From a virus (taxonomy: Duplodnaviria; Caudoviricetes), in IMG/VR virus record IMGVR_UViG_3300030095_002546, positions 1 through 44,526 of that record: a DNA stretch of 44,526 bases, one strand, 5' to 3'. The notes below the pieces were generated by a model that did no database searches, was not told the DNA's origin, and saw nothing but the letters and a program-made list of their open reading frames with translations. Both the position numbers and the translations under genes were made by a program. Positions 1 to 9,475 of this stretch are shown in pieces. Position 1 is the first letter of the stretch; each line of letters starts with the position of its first letter.

Positions 1-3000
1 ATTGGTAGAATTAAATTAAAAACTGGTTCTATACAACCAACAGGAAGATTATTAATTACTTTTGATTTCTTTTCACATGGTACTGGTGATTTCTTTGATG
101 TAGATAGTTATTCAGGTGTTGTTACATATGAAAACATTCCAAGTTATGTTTCTGATACAACAGGAGAAGAGTTTGAGTTGCGTGATGTTTTAGACTTTAG
201 ACCAAGAGTAGATGACGCTTCTACTATTGACGGTGGTGTTGACGATAGAAGTTATGATGGTACTGGTGCTTCAGTTGTAGATGTAATTAAATTTGATACA
301 GATGTTACAAACGACCATGAATATTATCTAGGAAGAATAGATAAAGTATTTTTAGATAAAGACGGTGGGTTTAAAGTTCAAGGAGGTTCTCCTGCTATTG
401 AGCCACAAATACCGGCAAATCTTGACGGTGCAATGCACATGTTCACATTAAATATTCCTGCTTACACATTATCTCCAGAAGATGTTGGTATTACTGTTAT
501 TGATAACAGAAGATACACAATGAGAGATATTGGTAAGTTAGAAAAAAGAATTGAGAATGTTGAATACTATACTCAATTATCTTTATTAGAAAATTCTGCT
601 CAAACTTTACAAATTCAAGACTCAAATGGTTTTGATAGATTTAAAAATGGATTTATCGTAGATAACTTTACAGGTCATGGTATTGGTAATGTAGGAAATA
701 AAGATTACAAAGTTTCAATGGACATGGCAAAAGGTGAATTAAGACCTATGTTTAACGAGGACGCCGTTTCACTTATAGAAATTGATGATGACGGAACAGC
801 ATTAGTTCCTGCTGACAGAGCAGTTAATGGTTATCAAAAAACTGGTGACTTACTAACTTTGCCTTATTCAGCTACAACATTAATTTCACAACCGTTCGCA
901 AGTAAAACTCAAAATGTAAACCCATTTGATATTTTCAACTGGTCAGGTTCAGTTGCATTAACTCCAGATTCAGATGAATGGAAAGAAACAGAAAGAAGTC
1001 CAGAGCTAGTTATTAATAACACAGGTGGTTTTGATACTTTAGTTTCAGGTTTAGGTAATGAAGCATTAAATGGTGTTGAGATTGGAACAGTTTGGAATGA
1101 ATGGCAAGATTCTTGGTCAGGTCAACCAATAGACCAACAAAGTCGTGATGTTTCAGGTAACCAAAGAAGTGGTAGAAGAGTCTTTAGAAGAACAGAAGTT
1201 ACTACAGTTCAACAAGTAAATCAAACTCGTTCAGGTATTAGACAAAGATTAGTTCCTCAAGTTGTAAGAAACAGTATTGGCGATAGAGTTATTTCAGTTG
1301 CATTTGTTCCATTTATTAGAAGTAGAACAATTACATTTACTGGTACAAGAATGAAACCTTTTACAAGAGTTTATCCTTTCTTTGATGAACAAGCAATTAC
1401 AGCTTATTGTACTCCTACAGGTGGTTCACTTGGTGGTAATTTAGTTACAGACGCTAACGGTTCTGTATCAGGTACTTTTGCAATTCCTGACCCAACTAAT
1501 AACGCAAATCCAAGATGGCGTACAGGTGAAAGAGTATTCAGATTAACAGACAGTTCAACAAATTCGCAACTAGACGGTTCAGTTCAAACTTCAGCAGAAG
1601 CAGATTATGTTGCTAGAGGTATTTTAGAAACTGTACAAAATACAATTATTTCAACTAGACAGCCTAGACTTGTTAGAGAAACAGTAACAGGCGATACTAG
1701 AACAATTGCTAGAACATCAACTAGAGATTCTACGAGAACGATTGGTTGGGTTGACCCATTAGCACAAACATTCTTAATTGATGATGTTGGTGGTGTTTTC
1801 TTAACTGATATAGATTTATATTTCTCAACTAAAGATGATAATGTTCCGATAACTGTACAAATTAGAGAAGTTGTAAATGGTTATCCTGGAAAAACAATAT
1901 TACCTTTTTCAGAAAAAACTTTAAATCCTAGTTCAGTAAGTACAAGTTCACTAGGTGATGTTGCAACTAAATTTACTTTTGATAGTCCAGTTTACATACA
2001 AGAAAATGTTGAGTATTGTTTTGTTGTATTAGCAAACTCAAATAACTATAACATGTATGTTGGTAGACTTGGAGAAAAAGTATTAGGTTCTGATAGAACA
2101 ATCTCTCAACAACCTTATACTGGTGTTTTATTTAAATCACAAAACGGTTCAACATGGGTTGCTGAACAAAACGAAGACGCTAAGTTTATTTTAAATAGAG
2201 CTGAGTTCAGTCAAACTACTGGTACAGTTTCATTAGCTAATGACGCATTACCAACAAGAACATTAAGAGCAAATCCATTTAGAACAATAAGTGGTTCAGG
2301 TGTAGTTAGAGTTTTCCATCCAAACCATGGTATGCACGGCACATCAAACAATGTTACAATTTCAGGTGTAGCAAGTGGCACTTACAATGGTCTTGCACAT
2401 TCACTATTCAATACTACACATACAAGTATTTCAAATATAACTTTAGATAGTTATGATATTACATTAGGTTCAAATGCAACAGCTTCAGGTGATGTTGGTG
2501 GTGCAGTAGTAGCTGCTACACAAAATAGAATGATGGATGTTTCTCAAATTGCAGTACAAACTATGGAAGTTCCTGGTACATCAATTGGTTATACAATGAG
2601 ACCAACAAGTGGTAAAGCATTACACGGAACACAATCAGAATTTGCTTTAACAACAGCTGCTAATGCAATTAGTGTAAACGCAAATGATAATATTTACTTT
2701 ACTGCTCCTCAAATGGTCGCAAGTACAATAAATGAAACAAATGAAATGTCAAGTGCTAAATCATTAATGATTAACTGTACATTTACAACTACAAACACTA
2801 AATTGTCTCCTGCTATTGATACTCAAAGAATGAGTGTATATGCAATTCAAAATAGATTAAATCAACCAACAAGTGGTAATACACCAGACTTTGTTGATGA
2901 TACTAAAAATACAGGAACATCATCAAGTGCTGTTTACTGTACTCGTTCAGTTACATTAGAAAATCCAGCAACTGCTTTAGATGTTAGATTAACTTCAAAT

Positions 3001-3279
3001 GTAAGAACAACATCAAGCGTTGAAGTTTACTTTAGAGCAACTTCAGCCGCTGAATCTAGAGATATTGAAAATGTTGCATGGACACCTTTCAATCTTGCTG
3101 GCGAAGAAGATACAGCAGTAGCACCAGCAGAAGATAACCTTACATTTAGAGAATATAAATATTCAAAATCAGATATTGAATCTTTTAGTGCTTTTCAAAT
3201 TAAGATTGTACTAAAAGGAACAAATTCATCTTATCCACCAGTAATTAAGGATATGAGAGGAATAGCATTGGCGGTATAA
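1..3279 (+). CDS. Large virion structural protein, VrlC/DUF4815-like (5'-truncated by the window)
   Basis: Frame 1 is open from base 1, so the TTG at 178 is not the true start. Motifs RRYTMRDIGKLEKRIENVEYYT, DRFKNGFIVDNF and DPLAQTF are characteristic of VrlC-like baseplate-region proteins of marine T4-like phages. Confidence 0.85.
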   Translation: MGRIKLKTGSIQPTGRLLITFDFFSHGTGDFFDVDSYSGVVTYENIPSYVSDTTGEEFELRDVLDFRPRVDDASTIDGGVDDRSYDGTGASVVDVIKFDTDVTNDHEYYLGRIDKVFLDKDGGFKVQGGSPAIEPQIPANLDGAMHMFTLNIPAYTLSPEDVGITVIDNRRYTMRDIGKLEKRIENVEYYTQLSLLENSAQTLQIQDSNGFDRFKNGFIVDNFTGHGIGNVGNKDYKVSMDMAKGELRPMFNEDAVSLIEIDDDGTALVPADRAVNGYQKTGDLLTLPYSATTLISQPFASKTQNVNPFDIFNWSGSVALTPDSDEWKETERSPELVINNTGGFDTLVSGLGNEALNGVEIGTVWNEWQDSWSGQPIDQQSRDVSGNQRSGRRVFRRTEVTTVQQVNQTRSGIRQRLVPQVVRNSIGDRVISVAFVPFIRSRTITFTGTRMKPFTRVYPFFDEQAITAYCTPTGGSLGGNLVTDANGSVSGTFAIPDPTNNANPRWRTGERVFRLTDSSTNSQLDGSVQTSAEADYVARGILETVQNTIISTRQPRLVRETVTGDTRTIARTSTRDSTRTIGWVDPLAQTFLIDDVGGVFLTDIDLYFSTKDDNVPITVQIREVVNGYPGKTILPFSEKTLNPSSVSTSSLGDVATKFTFDSPVYIQENVEYCFVVLANSNNYNMYVGRLGEKVLGSDRTISQQPYTGVLFKSQNGSTWVAEQNEDAKFILNRAEFSQTTGTVSLANDALPTRTLRANPFRTISGSGVVRVFHPNHGMHGTSNNVTISGVASGTYNGLAHSLFNTTHTSISNITLDSYDITLGSNATASGDVGGAVVAATQNRMMDVSQIAVQTMEVPGTSIGYTMRPTSGKALHGTQSEFALTTAANAISVNANDNIYFTAPQMVASTINETNEMSSAKSLMINCTFTTTNTKLSPAIDTQRMSVYAIQNRLNQPTSGNTPDFVDDTKNTGTSSSAVYCTRSVTLENPATALDVRLTSNVRTTSSVEVYFRATSAAESRDIENVAWTPFNLAGEEDTAVAPAEDNLTFREYKYSKSDIESFSAFQIKIVLKGTNSSYPPVIKDMRGIALAV

Positions 3280-3280
3280 T

Positions 3281-3499
3281 ATGGCAAAACTTCGTGTTGA
3301 AAATTTTAATGATTTAGTAAGAGATACAGAAACAAATGCTATTATTAACACAAATAAGTCAGAATATGAATTATACATGTTCAGACATAGAGAAAGACAA
3401 GAACAAAGTAATCAAATAAGGCGTACATGCCGAGAGATAAATAGTCTAAAGAAAGAATTATTTGAAATTAAAAAGATGATAAAGGACATGGTAAAATAA
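3281..3499 (+). CDS. Small hypothetical protein with C-terminal coiled coil
   Basis: Starts 1 nt after the VrlC-like gene. The LVRD..TNAIIN motif is typical of the small gene that follows VrlC in marine T4-like phages. Confidence 0.7.
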   Translation: MAKLRVENFNDLVRDTETNAIINTNKSEYELYMFRHRERQEQSNQIRRTCREINSLKKELFEIKKMIKDMVK

Positions 3500-3500
3500 T

Positions 3501-4319
3501 ATGGCTGTAACAAGTATAGAAAAAACAGATACACTTGAACAAATGCGTGTCAAAATCAATAGCTTAGCGGCTAATGATTTTGGAGATATTGCAACACTAG
3601 ACAATTCATTATCAGCAACCTCGGTTATTGGTGCAGTTAATGAGATTAACGCTGTTGTAACGGCTGCTCAAGGTTTCATAATTGAAGATGACGCTTCTGC
3701 TACACAGGCAGTTGGTTCTGGTCAAACAATTAAATTTGCAAGTACATCAAATCAAATTACAGCTACAGTAAGTTCACCTGATACAGTTACAATGTCATTT
3801 GGTAGTCAGGTTACAGTACCAAGTGCTTTAACAGTTCCAGGTGTTTTTAATGCAGGTACTTTAAGAATAGAAAACAATCAATTATCTTCAAGCGATTCAA
3901 CAGTAGTTAATATCAATGACGCTTTACAAGTTTCAAGCACAATAACTGCCGGTAGTACGGCAACTTTTGGTGTTACATCAATCAATCCATCAGGTAATAA
4001 TAACATTGAATCATCATCAGGATTTACTGTATTTGGTTCTACTCTTGTATTAGCACAGAATAAATTTATTGCCTTTGAAGGTTCAGCTGATGACGCAAAC
4101 GAAACAACTTTAAATGTAGTTAACCCTACAGCAGATAGAACAATCTTATTACCAAACGAAGATGGAACGGTCATTACAACTGGTTCAACTAATGTTGTAA
4201 CACTTACTCATATGGCAGATGATTCAGTAGGTTCAGCAGAATTAAATAATCTACAAACATTAATCATTTACAATTCAGCCGGTACAGCAGTAAAGACTTT
4301 GTATGCCGCTGGAACATAG
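3501..4319 (+). CDS. Tail fibre/baseplate-associated structural protein
   Basis: Thr/Ser/Gly-rich. N-terminus DTLEQMRVKIN is a fibre-attachment-like motif. Contains the FEG...ETTL...PTADRTI.LP module shared with 20382-20801. Confidence 0.7.
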   Translation: MAVTSIEKTDTLEQMRVKINSLAANDFGDIATLDNSLSATSVIGAVNEINAVVTAAQGFIIEDDASATQAVGSGQTIKFASTSNQITATVSSPDTVTMSFGSQVTVPSALTVPGVFNAGTLRIENNQLSSSDSTVVNINDALQVSSTITAGSTATFGVTSINPSGNNNIESSSGFTVFGSTLVLAQNKFIAFEGSADDANETTLNVVNPTADRTILLPNEDGTVITTGSTNVVTLTHMADDSVGSAELNNLQTLIIYNSAGTAVKTLYAAGT

Positions 4320-4328
4320 GAGTAAACT

Positions 4329-5252
4329 ATGGCAGTTCGTACTCCACTATATTATGACAACGGCAACATAAGAGAAATTTCAGCCGCTCAAAAACAAACA
4401 ATCTTGGATGAATGTGCTTACCAATATGGTACGGCACCGTCTGTAACTTTAAGTAGAGTTTCAAGTGGTGGTAATTTAGGTACTCAAACAGATACTAGAT
4501 TACAGGCCGGTTCTTATTCAAGTAACAGTACATCATTTCCTGGTTCAGGTACAACAGCAAACCCAACAACTGTTTCTGTAAACTATGCTTGTATAAATTT
4601 AAATACAACAGGCAGTTTATCTAATGAAGCAGATACAAATAATATAAAATTTCCTATTTACTATGACGGTGGTAATTTTAAAGCAATGACACAAACAGAT
4701 ATGATGGATACTTTTATTTTTCCTGCTATTGACCAGATTACAACTGGTTCTACAACTTATCAACAAGGTGGTGCTTATTTCTTAGCAACATCAAATAGTG
4801 TTTCAGGTGCAACTTTGGTAGACGGCAATCCAGTTTTTATTGACACTAGAGCAAATACAGGTGCTTATACGGCAGCTGGTATTCCAGAGGCGTTAGACCA
4901 ACCTTTTACTGTTACTTCTTTTTACATACATAAACAAAATGGTAACGCACAATCTTATCCAGAAATGTTAACAGTTAGAAGTGATAATGATTTACAACAA
5001 ATTTCAAATTCATCATTTAGTGCTTATTTAAAAACTATGATGAGATATGCAGCTGTTAACTCTACTAGTTCCAGAATTACTTACAACATAAACGGAACAG
5101 GAAATACAATTGGTACTGCTATAGCAAATACTGTATTAAACGGTTCAACATATACAACAAACCAAGTTGGTGATGACTACAGAGCTCAAGAGTTTCCTGG
5201 TGGTTCAGTAACTACAGGTACAACATGGTATTTGAAAATAACTCAATACTAA
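4329..5252 (+). CDS. Virion structural protein with about 3 internal repeats
   Basis: SD AGGAG upstream. Repeats PLYYDNGNIREI / PIYYDGGNFKAM / VRSDNDLQQI and DTRLQAGSY / DTRANTGAY. Confidence 0.65.
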   Translation: MAVRTPLYYDNGNIREISAAQKQTILDECAYQYGTAPSVTLSRVSSGGNLGTQTDTRLQAGSYSSNSTSFPGSGTTANPTTVSVNYACINLNTTGSLSNEADTNNIKFPIYYDGGNFKAMTQTDMMDTFIFPAIDQITTGSTTYQQGGAYFLATSNSVSGATLVDGNPVFIDTRANTGAYTAAGIPEALDQPFTVTSFYIHKQNGNAQSYPEMLTVRSDNDLQQISNSSFSAYLKTMMRYAAVNSTSSRITYNINGTGNTIGTAIANTVLNGSTYTTNQVGDDYRAQEFPGGSVTTGTTWYLKITQY

Positions 5253-5268
5253 AAGGATAAATAATTTT

Positions 5269-5571
5269 ATGAATATTACAAAAAACAATTATGTATCTGC
5301 TCATTACCTAGATGGAGAACATTCGCAAGTTGAAGTTCTTTTAAGAGAAGGAAAACAAATTATTCCTTTTATTATGCCAGCTGATTGGGAAAGTGATGTA
5401 GGTAAACAACTGTTAACTATTGTTACTACAGAAGATTTAAAAGCAAATACATACTCTTTTCATAAAGCACAAAGAAAATCATTTGAAAGAAATGTTATTG
5501 AAATTGCTGAAAGAGAAGGATTAGTTCTTACAAAAAAAGGCGAAGAAGTAAAAAAGAATTTAGACAAGTAA
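5269..5571 (+). CDS. Hypothetical protein, paralog of 5593-6066 (possible fibre assembly chaperone)
   Basis: N-terminus MNITKNNYVSAHYLD aligns with MQITKDNYINAHFLD. A GATAAATA box lies at 5256-5263. Confidence 0.6.
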   Translation: MNITKNNYVSAHYLDGEHSQVEVLLREGKQIIPFIMPADWESDVGKQLLTIVTTEDLKANTYSFHKAQRKSFERNVIEIAEREGLVLTKKGEEVKKNLDK

Positions 5572-5592
5572 TACATTATAAAGGTTTATATT

Positions 5593-6066
5593 ATGCAGAT
5601 TACGAAAGACAATTATATCAACGCACACTTTTTGGATGCCAATAGAACATTAATAGAGGTAACCACAAAAGAAGGTGTACAAGCAATTCATTTTAATCCC
5701 GAACATCCTGTTTATCAAGATTTATCTAAAGTAGTTGATATAGAAACTATACACTCAAACACAAAAAGATATTTAAAAGAACAAAAGAAAGCCTTTAATC
5801 AAGGTATAATGAGAGCTGCTAAAGAAGAAGAGTTAGCACAAAAAGTTATTAGTGATTTGAGTAAAGAATACTTTAAAGAAATGTATGAGTTCTTTGTGGA
5901 GTTTGACGAAGATAATTTAGAAAAGTTATTTAATTTAAAGTTGTATTGTTTTGAACAAGATTTTATCAAACAATCTAAAGATACTGAATTGAAAAAACAA
6001 TTAAGATTAGCTAAAACACCATTTGAGGCATTAAGTATAGTTTATAAAATTAAAAATTCTCAATAA
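5593..6066 (+). CDS. Hypothetical protein, paralog of 5269-5571
   Basis: Shares its N-terminal ~80 aa with the upstream ORF and has an extra C-terminal helical region (LFNLKL..FE). Confidence 0.6.
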   Translation: MQITKDNYINAHFLDANRTLIEVTTKEGVQAIHFNPEHPVYQDLSKVVDIETIHSNTKRYLKEQKKAFNQGIMRAAKEEELAQKVISDLSKEYFKEMYEFFVEFDEDNLEKLFNLKLYCFEQDFIKQSKDTELKKQLRLAKTPFEALSIVYKIKNSQ

Positions 6067-6628
6067 AGTATTTTTTCCACCAACCTGACCATCCATCTTC
6101 CATTAATATTTTTCTTTGATTAAAAATACAAATACTGTAGTTTGTATCTTCTTCATCATACTCACGACCTTTTATAGAATAGTAAGTTGAATCTGGATAA
6201 GTTTTCATATCAAAGTTCTCATGTAAAAATTGGTCTATACCTCTATTATACTTAACTTGATAATAGTCAGGATTTTCCATAAACTTTTTATAGATGTATG
6301 ATTGGTCTCCTGTCCAAGATATAATAGAAGAGTTTAATGGTGTATGTTCTTGTTCTCTCCACCAGGCATTCAATACAGTTACATCTTTTCTAATTAAATC
6401 AGGTACTTTATTTTTTATAACAATGTCTAAATCAAAGTATAGGTTTTCTCCGTCTCTAAACTTATCAAACATTTGAAGTTTATTAAAAACGCCCTCGTAC
6501 AGTTCTTCCGTAATAACTTCAAAACTATCATACTTTAAACCAGAGTATGTATCTATCATATGTTTTAGATTGTCAACATACCATTGACCAAATCTTTCGC
6601 CTGTATTACAACAAATTAATCTCATCAA
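6050..6628 (-). CDS. GT-A-fold glycosyltransferase-like protein
   Basis: YVDNLKHMI, FNKLQMF, YFDLD (DxD), NSSIISW and GIDQ motifs, as in GT8-like phage glycosyltransferases. Confidence 0.65.
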   Translation of the reverse strand: MMRLICCNTGERFGQWYVDNLKHMIDTYSGLKYDSFEVITEELYEGVFNKLQMFDKFRDGENLYFDLDIVIKNKVPDLIRKDVTVLNAWWREQEHTPLNSSIISWTGDQSYIYKKFMENPDYYQVKYNRGIDQFLHENFDMKTYPDSTYYSIKGREYDEEDTNYSICIFNQRKILMEDGWSGWWKKYFIENF

Positions 6629-6989
6629 TTATTTCCTTTATGTTATATTTCCAATTTTTAATTTCTAGGTTAGGTTCACCTGATTCGAATATTAAGTTTG
6701 TATTTTCATATTTTGATTTTTCTATAGTGTTCATAAAGATGGTGTAATCATAATATTTTCTATAGTGATTTAAAGGACAAATAAAATCAACAATACAATC
6801 TTCAACCATATTAGATAAAGTTCTCATTCTCATTGCTTGTATTTTTCTGCCGTTTATTTCAAAGTGCCAATCATTAAACATTTTTCTTACATCATCACCA
6901 TTAAAGTTTGGTATCTTATAATGTTCAGCAAGTTGTTTTGCTAATGTGGTTTTACCGGAACCACTATGTCCGTAAATTAATATTTTCAT
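6606..6989 (-). CDS. Adenylylsulfate (APS) kinase-like P-loop kinase
   Basis: Walker A GHSGSGKTT, NGDDVRKMFNDWHF..GR, VDFICP and FE motifs of short CysC-like phage proteins. Only 127 aa. Confidence 0.65.
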   Translation of the reverse strand: MKILIYGHSGSGKTTLAKQLAEHYKIPNFNGDDVRKMFNDWHFEINGRKIQAMRMRTLSNMVEDCIVDFICPLNHYRKYYDYTIFMNTIEKSKYENTNLIFESGEPNLEIKNWKYNIKEIIDEINLL

Positions 6990-7694
6990 CTAATAAGTTC
7001 CAAATGCCCAAAGTCTCTCTTTACACCAAACACATACTTTACAAGGTAGTGTTACTTTATCTGGCCAACCAATACAACTGGCAGTTAAAGGAAATAATGT
7101 ATCTAAAACACCATACTTAACATACATATCTTTAACATGACTTTTATCTTTTTGCATAAAAGGACTATAGTAGTGAACATGTTTACCACTAGGTGTCATA
7201 TTTTGCCCCCAAGGACTTCTTGTTTTTTGTCTTCTTTTTTCTAATATTCCATGGCCTTCATCAACATCTAATTTAAATTCTTTAATTGCTTCTTCTGGTG
7301 GATGTGAAGTCATACCGTTTAAACATAAATCTGGTTCGTGAACAATTTTTAATTTTAATTCTTCTTGTCTATGAAAGATTGATTTAGGGTCTTTTTTAGG
7401 ATCCCATTCAGTTTTTGTTTGGTCTATAGTTTTTGGATATTTTCTAACACTATACTCAAATGTATGATGAGGTAATATATTTACTTTTGGATATTTTTCT
7501 TTAACAAAATTATATACTGCCTTGGCCTCTTTTAAATTAGGTCTACCAATATCTGAACCTGACCAAACTAAAAATGTTTTATCAGGCATAACATCACAGG
7601 CATGATAGAATAGAATTGCCGAATCAGCACCACCTGATAACGACATGAATACCATTTCTGCTTTTTTTATTCTATAGTCTTCTACATCAATCAT
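6990..7694 (-). CDS. QueC-like PP-loop ATP pyrophosphatase (paralog A)
   Basis: PP-loop SLSGGADS and C-terminal TASC..PCKVCVWCKER metal-binding motif. Start revised to ATG 7694, which overlaps the upstream stop (ATGATTGA). Confidence 0.75.
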   Translation of the reverse strand: MIDVEDYRIKKAEMVFMSLSGGADSAILFYHACDVMPDKTFLVWSGSDIGRPNLKEAKAVYNFVKEKYPKVNILPHHTFEYSVRKYPKTIDQTKTEWDPKKDPKSIFHRQEELKLKIVHEPDLCLNGMTSHPPEEAIKEFKLDVDEGHGILEKRRQKTRSPWGQNMTPSGKHVHYYSPFMQKDKSHVKDMYVKYGVLDTLFPLTASCIGWPDKVTLPCKVCVWCKERLWAFGTY

Positions 7695-8343
7695 AACCAA
7701 ATGCCCATTTTTTCTCTTTACACCATTCACATTTACCACAAGGTTTGGAAAAGAAGTTTGTAGCGTCAGCAAAACCAATACAACTCCATGTTAAAGGTGC
7801 TAATGTTTCTAATAAATTAAACTTTACATATAAGTCATAGATAAACTTTTTATCTACATTAACCCAAGGTCTTATTAAATAACCACCTCTAATTCTTTCA
7901 GAAATATCTTTGTCGTTATTGTGTATTCTTTCAGATTGCATAGCTTTCATTCCAATTTGGTGCATAACATCTGGTGGTGGATTTGCAGTTCTTCCACCAT
8001 AGATATGAGTTATATTATTTTCTACACAATGTTTAGTTAAACCTGCTGAGTCTTTTTTAGTTTTAGGAACAATCCAATCTTTAGTATTATCCCATGTAAG
8101 CATATCGTGTATTTTTACTTTAGGAAATTGTTCTCTTAAAAAATTAATAATGTTTTGTACATTTTCTGGAGATGTTGGTCTTGTATTGTCAATACCGTGC
8201 ATAGGATAAACTTCGACATTTAAATTATTATCAGTTATATATTTACATAATAGATAAGTCATTAAAGAAGAATCTAAACCACCAGAATTACTAATAGCTA
8301 TTTTGTTAACATCTTTATCTATGAAGATTTGTTCAGGTATCAT
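7687..8343 (-). CDS. QueC-like PP-loop ATP pyrophosphatase (paralog B)
   Basis: PP-loop SNSGGLDS and TWSC..PCGKCEWCKEK motif. Start revised to 8343 (ATGA overlap with the upstream gene). Confidence 0.75.
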   Translation of the reverse strand: MIPEQIFIDKDVNKIAISNSGGLDSSLMTYLLCKYITDNNLNVEVYPMHGIDNTRPTSPENVQNIINFLREQFPKVKIHDMLTWDNTKDWIVPKTKKDSAGLTKHCVENNITHIYGGRTANPPPDVMHQIGMKAMQSERIHNNDKDISERIRGGYLIRPWVNVDKKFIYDLYVKFNLLETLAPLTWSCIGFADATNFFSKPCGKCEWCKEKKWAFGYD

Positions 8344-9116
8344 TTCCAATAATCCTTTATCCAATCAAAATCACAATCATGTATTGTATCTAATTTTTCA
8401 GCACCAGCAAAATGTACTATTTTAATATCATCATGTGGTTTATCAAGTATCATATATTCTTTACCAAACTCTTTCATATACTTTAATTGATGATAGTGGT
8501 TTCTATCTTTTTCACTATTGACTTTAACAATCCATTCGCCAGGCATGTGAGTTATTTTTACACCATTCTCTAGGCAAGTATCTTCAACAAAGTTTTGTTC
8601 TCCATAATATTTATAGTGTACTGTACCATTCTTAAAATAGTGTAAACACCACTTGTCAATACTCTTTGATGATTTGGTAAATTTCTCCCAAACAAATTTT
8701 AAAGAACCTGATTTAAATTTGTACCAACCACCATTTAATCTAACTGTATTGCCTGAATTGGGGTCGCCTTTCTTCCACCATTTTCTGTAAGTAACTATTT
8801 CGTTTTCTCCTACAGGATAGTTAATCATTTCTGTAACATCATTAACTATAATTTGGTCAATATCTAATACTATGATATCATCACCAGGTTTTTGGTCTCC
8901 AAATAAAGGGCTAAAGAATTTTAGTTTATGCCAATGCAGTTTTATATTAGACCATTTTGGCAACATAATAACTCTATCAGCTTCAACTTCTTTTGTATCA
9001 GACAAACAAATAAATTCAAAAGGTACTTTACAATTTGCTTTTAGTCCTCTATAGAGTTTAGATACATACTCTGGTTTATATTTGCCTTCAAAATATACTG
9101 TAAATATTTTTATCAT
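8340..9116 (-). CDS. GT-A-fold glycosyltransferase-like protein
   Basis: KYKPEYVSKL, WHKLKFF, LDID (DxD), GEQNFV and KIVHFAG motifs. Paralog of 6050-6628. Confidence 0.7.
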   Translation of the reverse strand: MIKIFTVYFEGKYKPEYVSKLYRGLKANCKVPFEFICLSDTKEVEADRVIMLPKWSNIKLHWHKLKFFSPLFGDQKPGDDIIVLDIDQIIVNDVTEMINYPVGENEIVTYRKWWKKGDPNSGNTVRLNGGWYKFKSGSLKFVWEKFTKSSKSIDKWCLHYFKNGTVHYKYYGEQNFVEDTCLENGVKITHMPGEWIVKVNSEKDRNHYHQLKYMKEFGKEYMILDKPHDDIKIVHFAGAEKLDTIHDCDFDWIKDYWK

Positions 9117-9475
9117 TTAACTAACTTTCCGTCTGCTCCATATTTAAATTCTTTTTTCCATAATTTTTGTGTACCATCATCATTAACTGTACAATATCTT
9201 TTACATACTTTTGGCGCCTTATCATAGTTTTCTGGTGTCGTAATATTTGTATAAAACTCATTCCATTCTGGAGAGTCTATAATATCTTCTATTGAGTTAT
9301 TGTTTTCTAACAACAATTCTTCTTTCATTAACTTCATTAATTGAGTGTCGGTTTCTGGATTAACTGTATCACACCAACAACAAGGTAAAATAAAACCTTT
9401 AGCACTATGACCATATGTTTTTGAATGGTCTTGTTTATCGTGTTTATATAAACATTGAGGTTTTAATTTGTTCAT
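9113..9475 (-). CDS. Stand-alone SPASM/twitch-like Cys-rich Fe-S protein
   Basis: C...GFILPCCWC...SIEDII.S.EW..F...CKRYC pattern of SPASM/twitch domains. ATGA-coupled to the upstream radical SAM gene. Confidence 0.6.
   Translation of the reverse strand: MNKLKPQCLYKHDKQDHSKTYGHSAKGFILPCCWCDTVNPETDTQLMKLMKEELLLENNNSIEDIIDSPEWNEFYTNITTPENYDKAPKVCKRYCTVNDDGTQKLWKKEFKYGADGKLVK

Noticed and set aside
8608-8615. TATAAATA on the minus strand inside the glycosyltransferase gene; also the plus-strand copy at 3154-3161
   Set aside because: Both are intragenic and encode Tyr-Lys-Tyr in AT-rich DNA, so they are expected by chance. They are not called as promoters.
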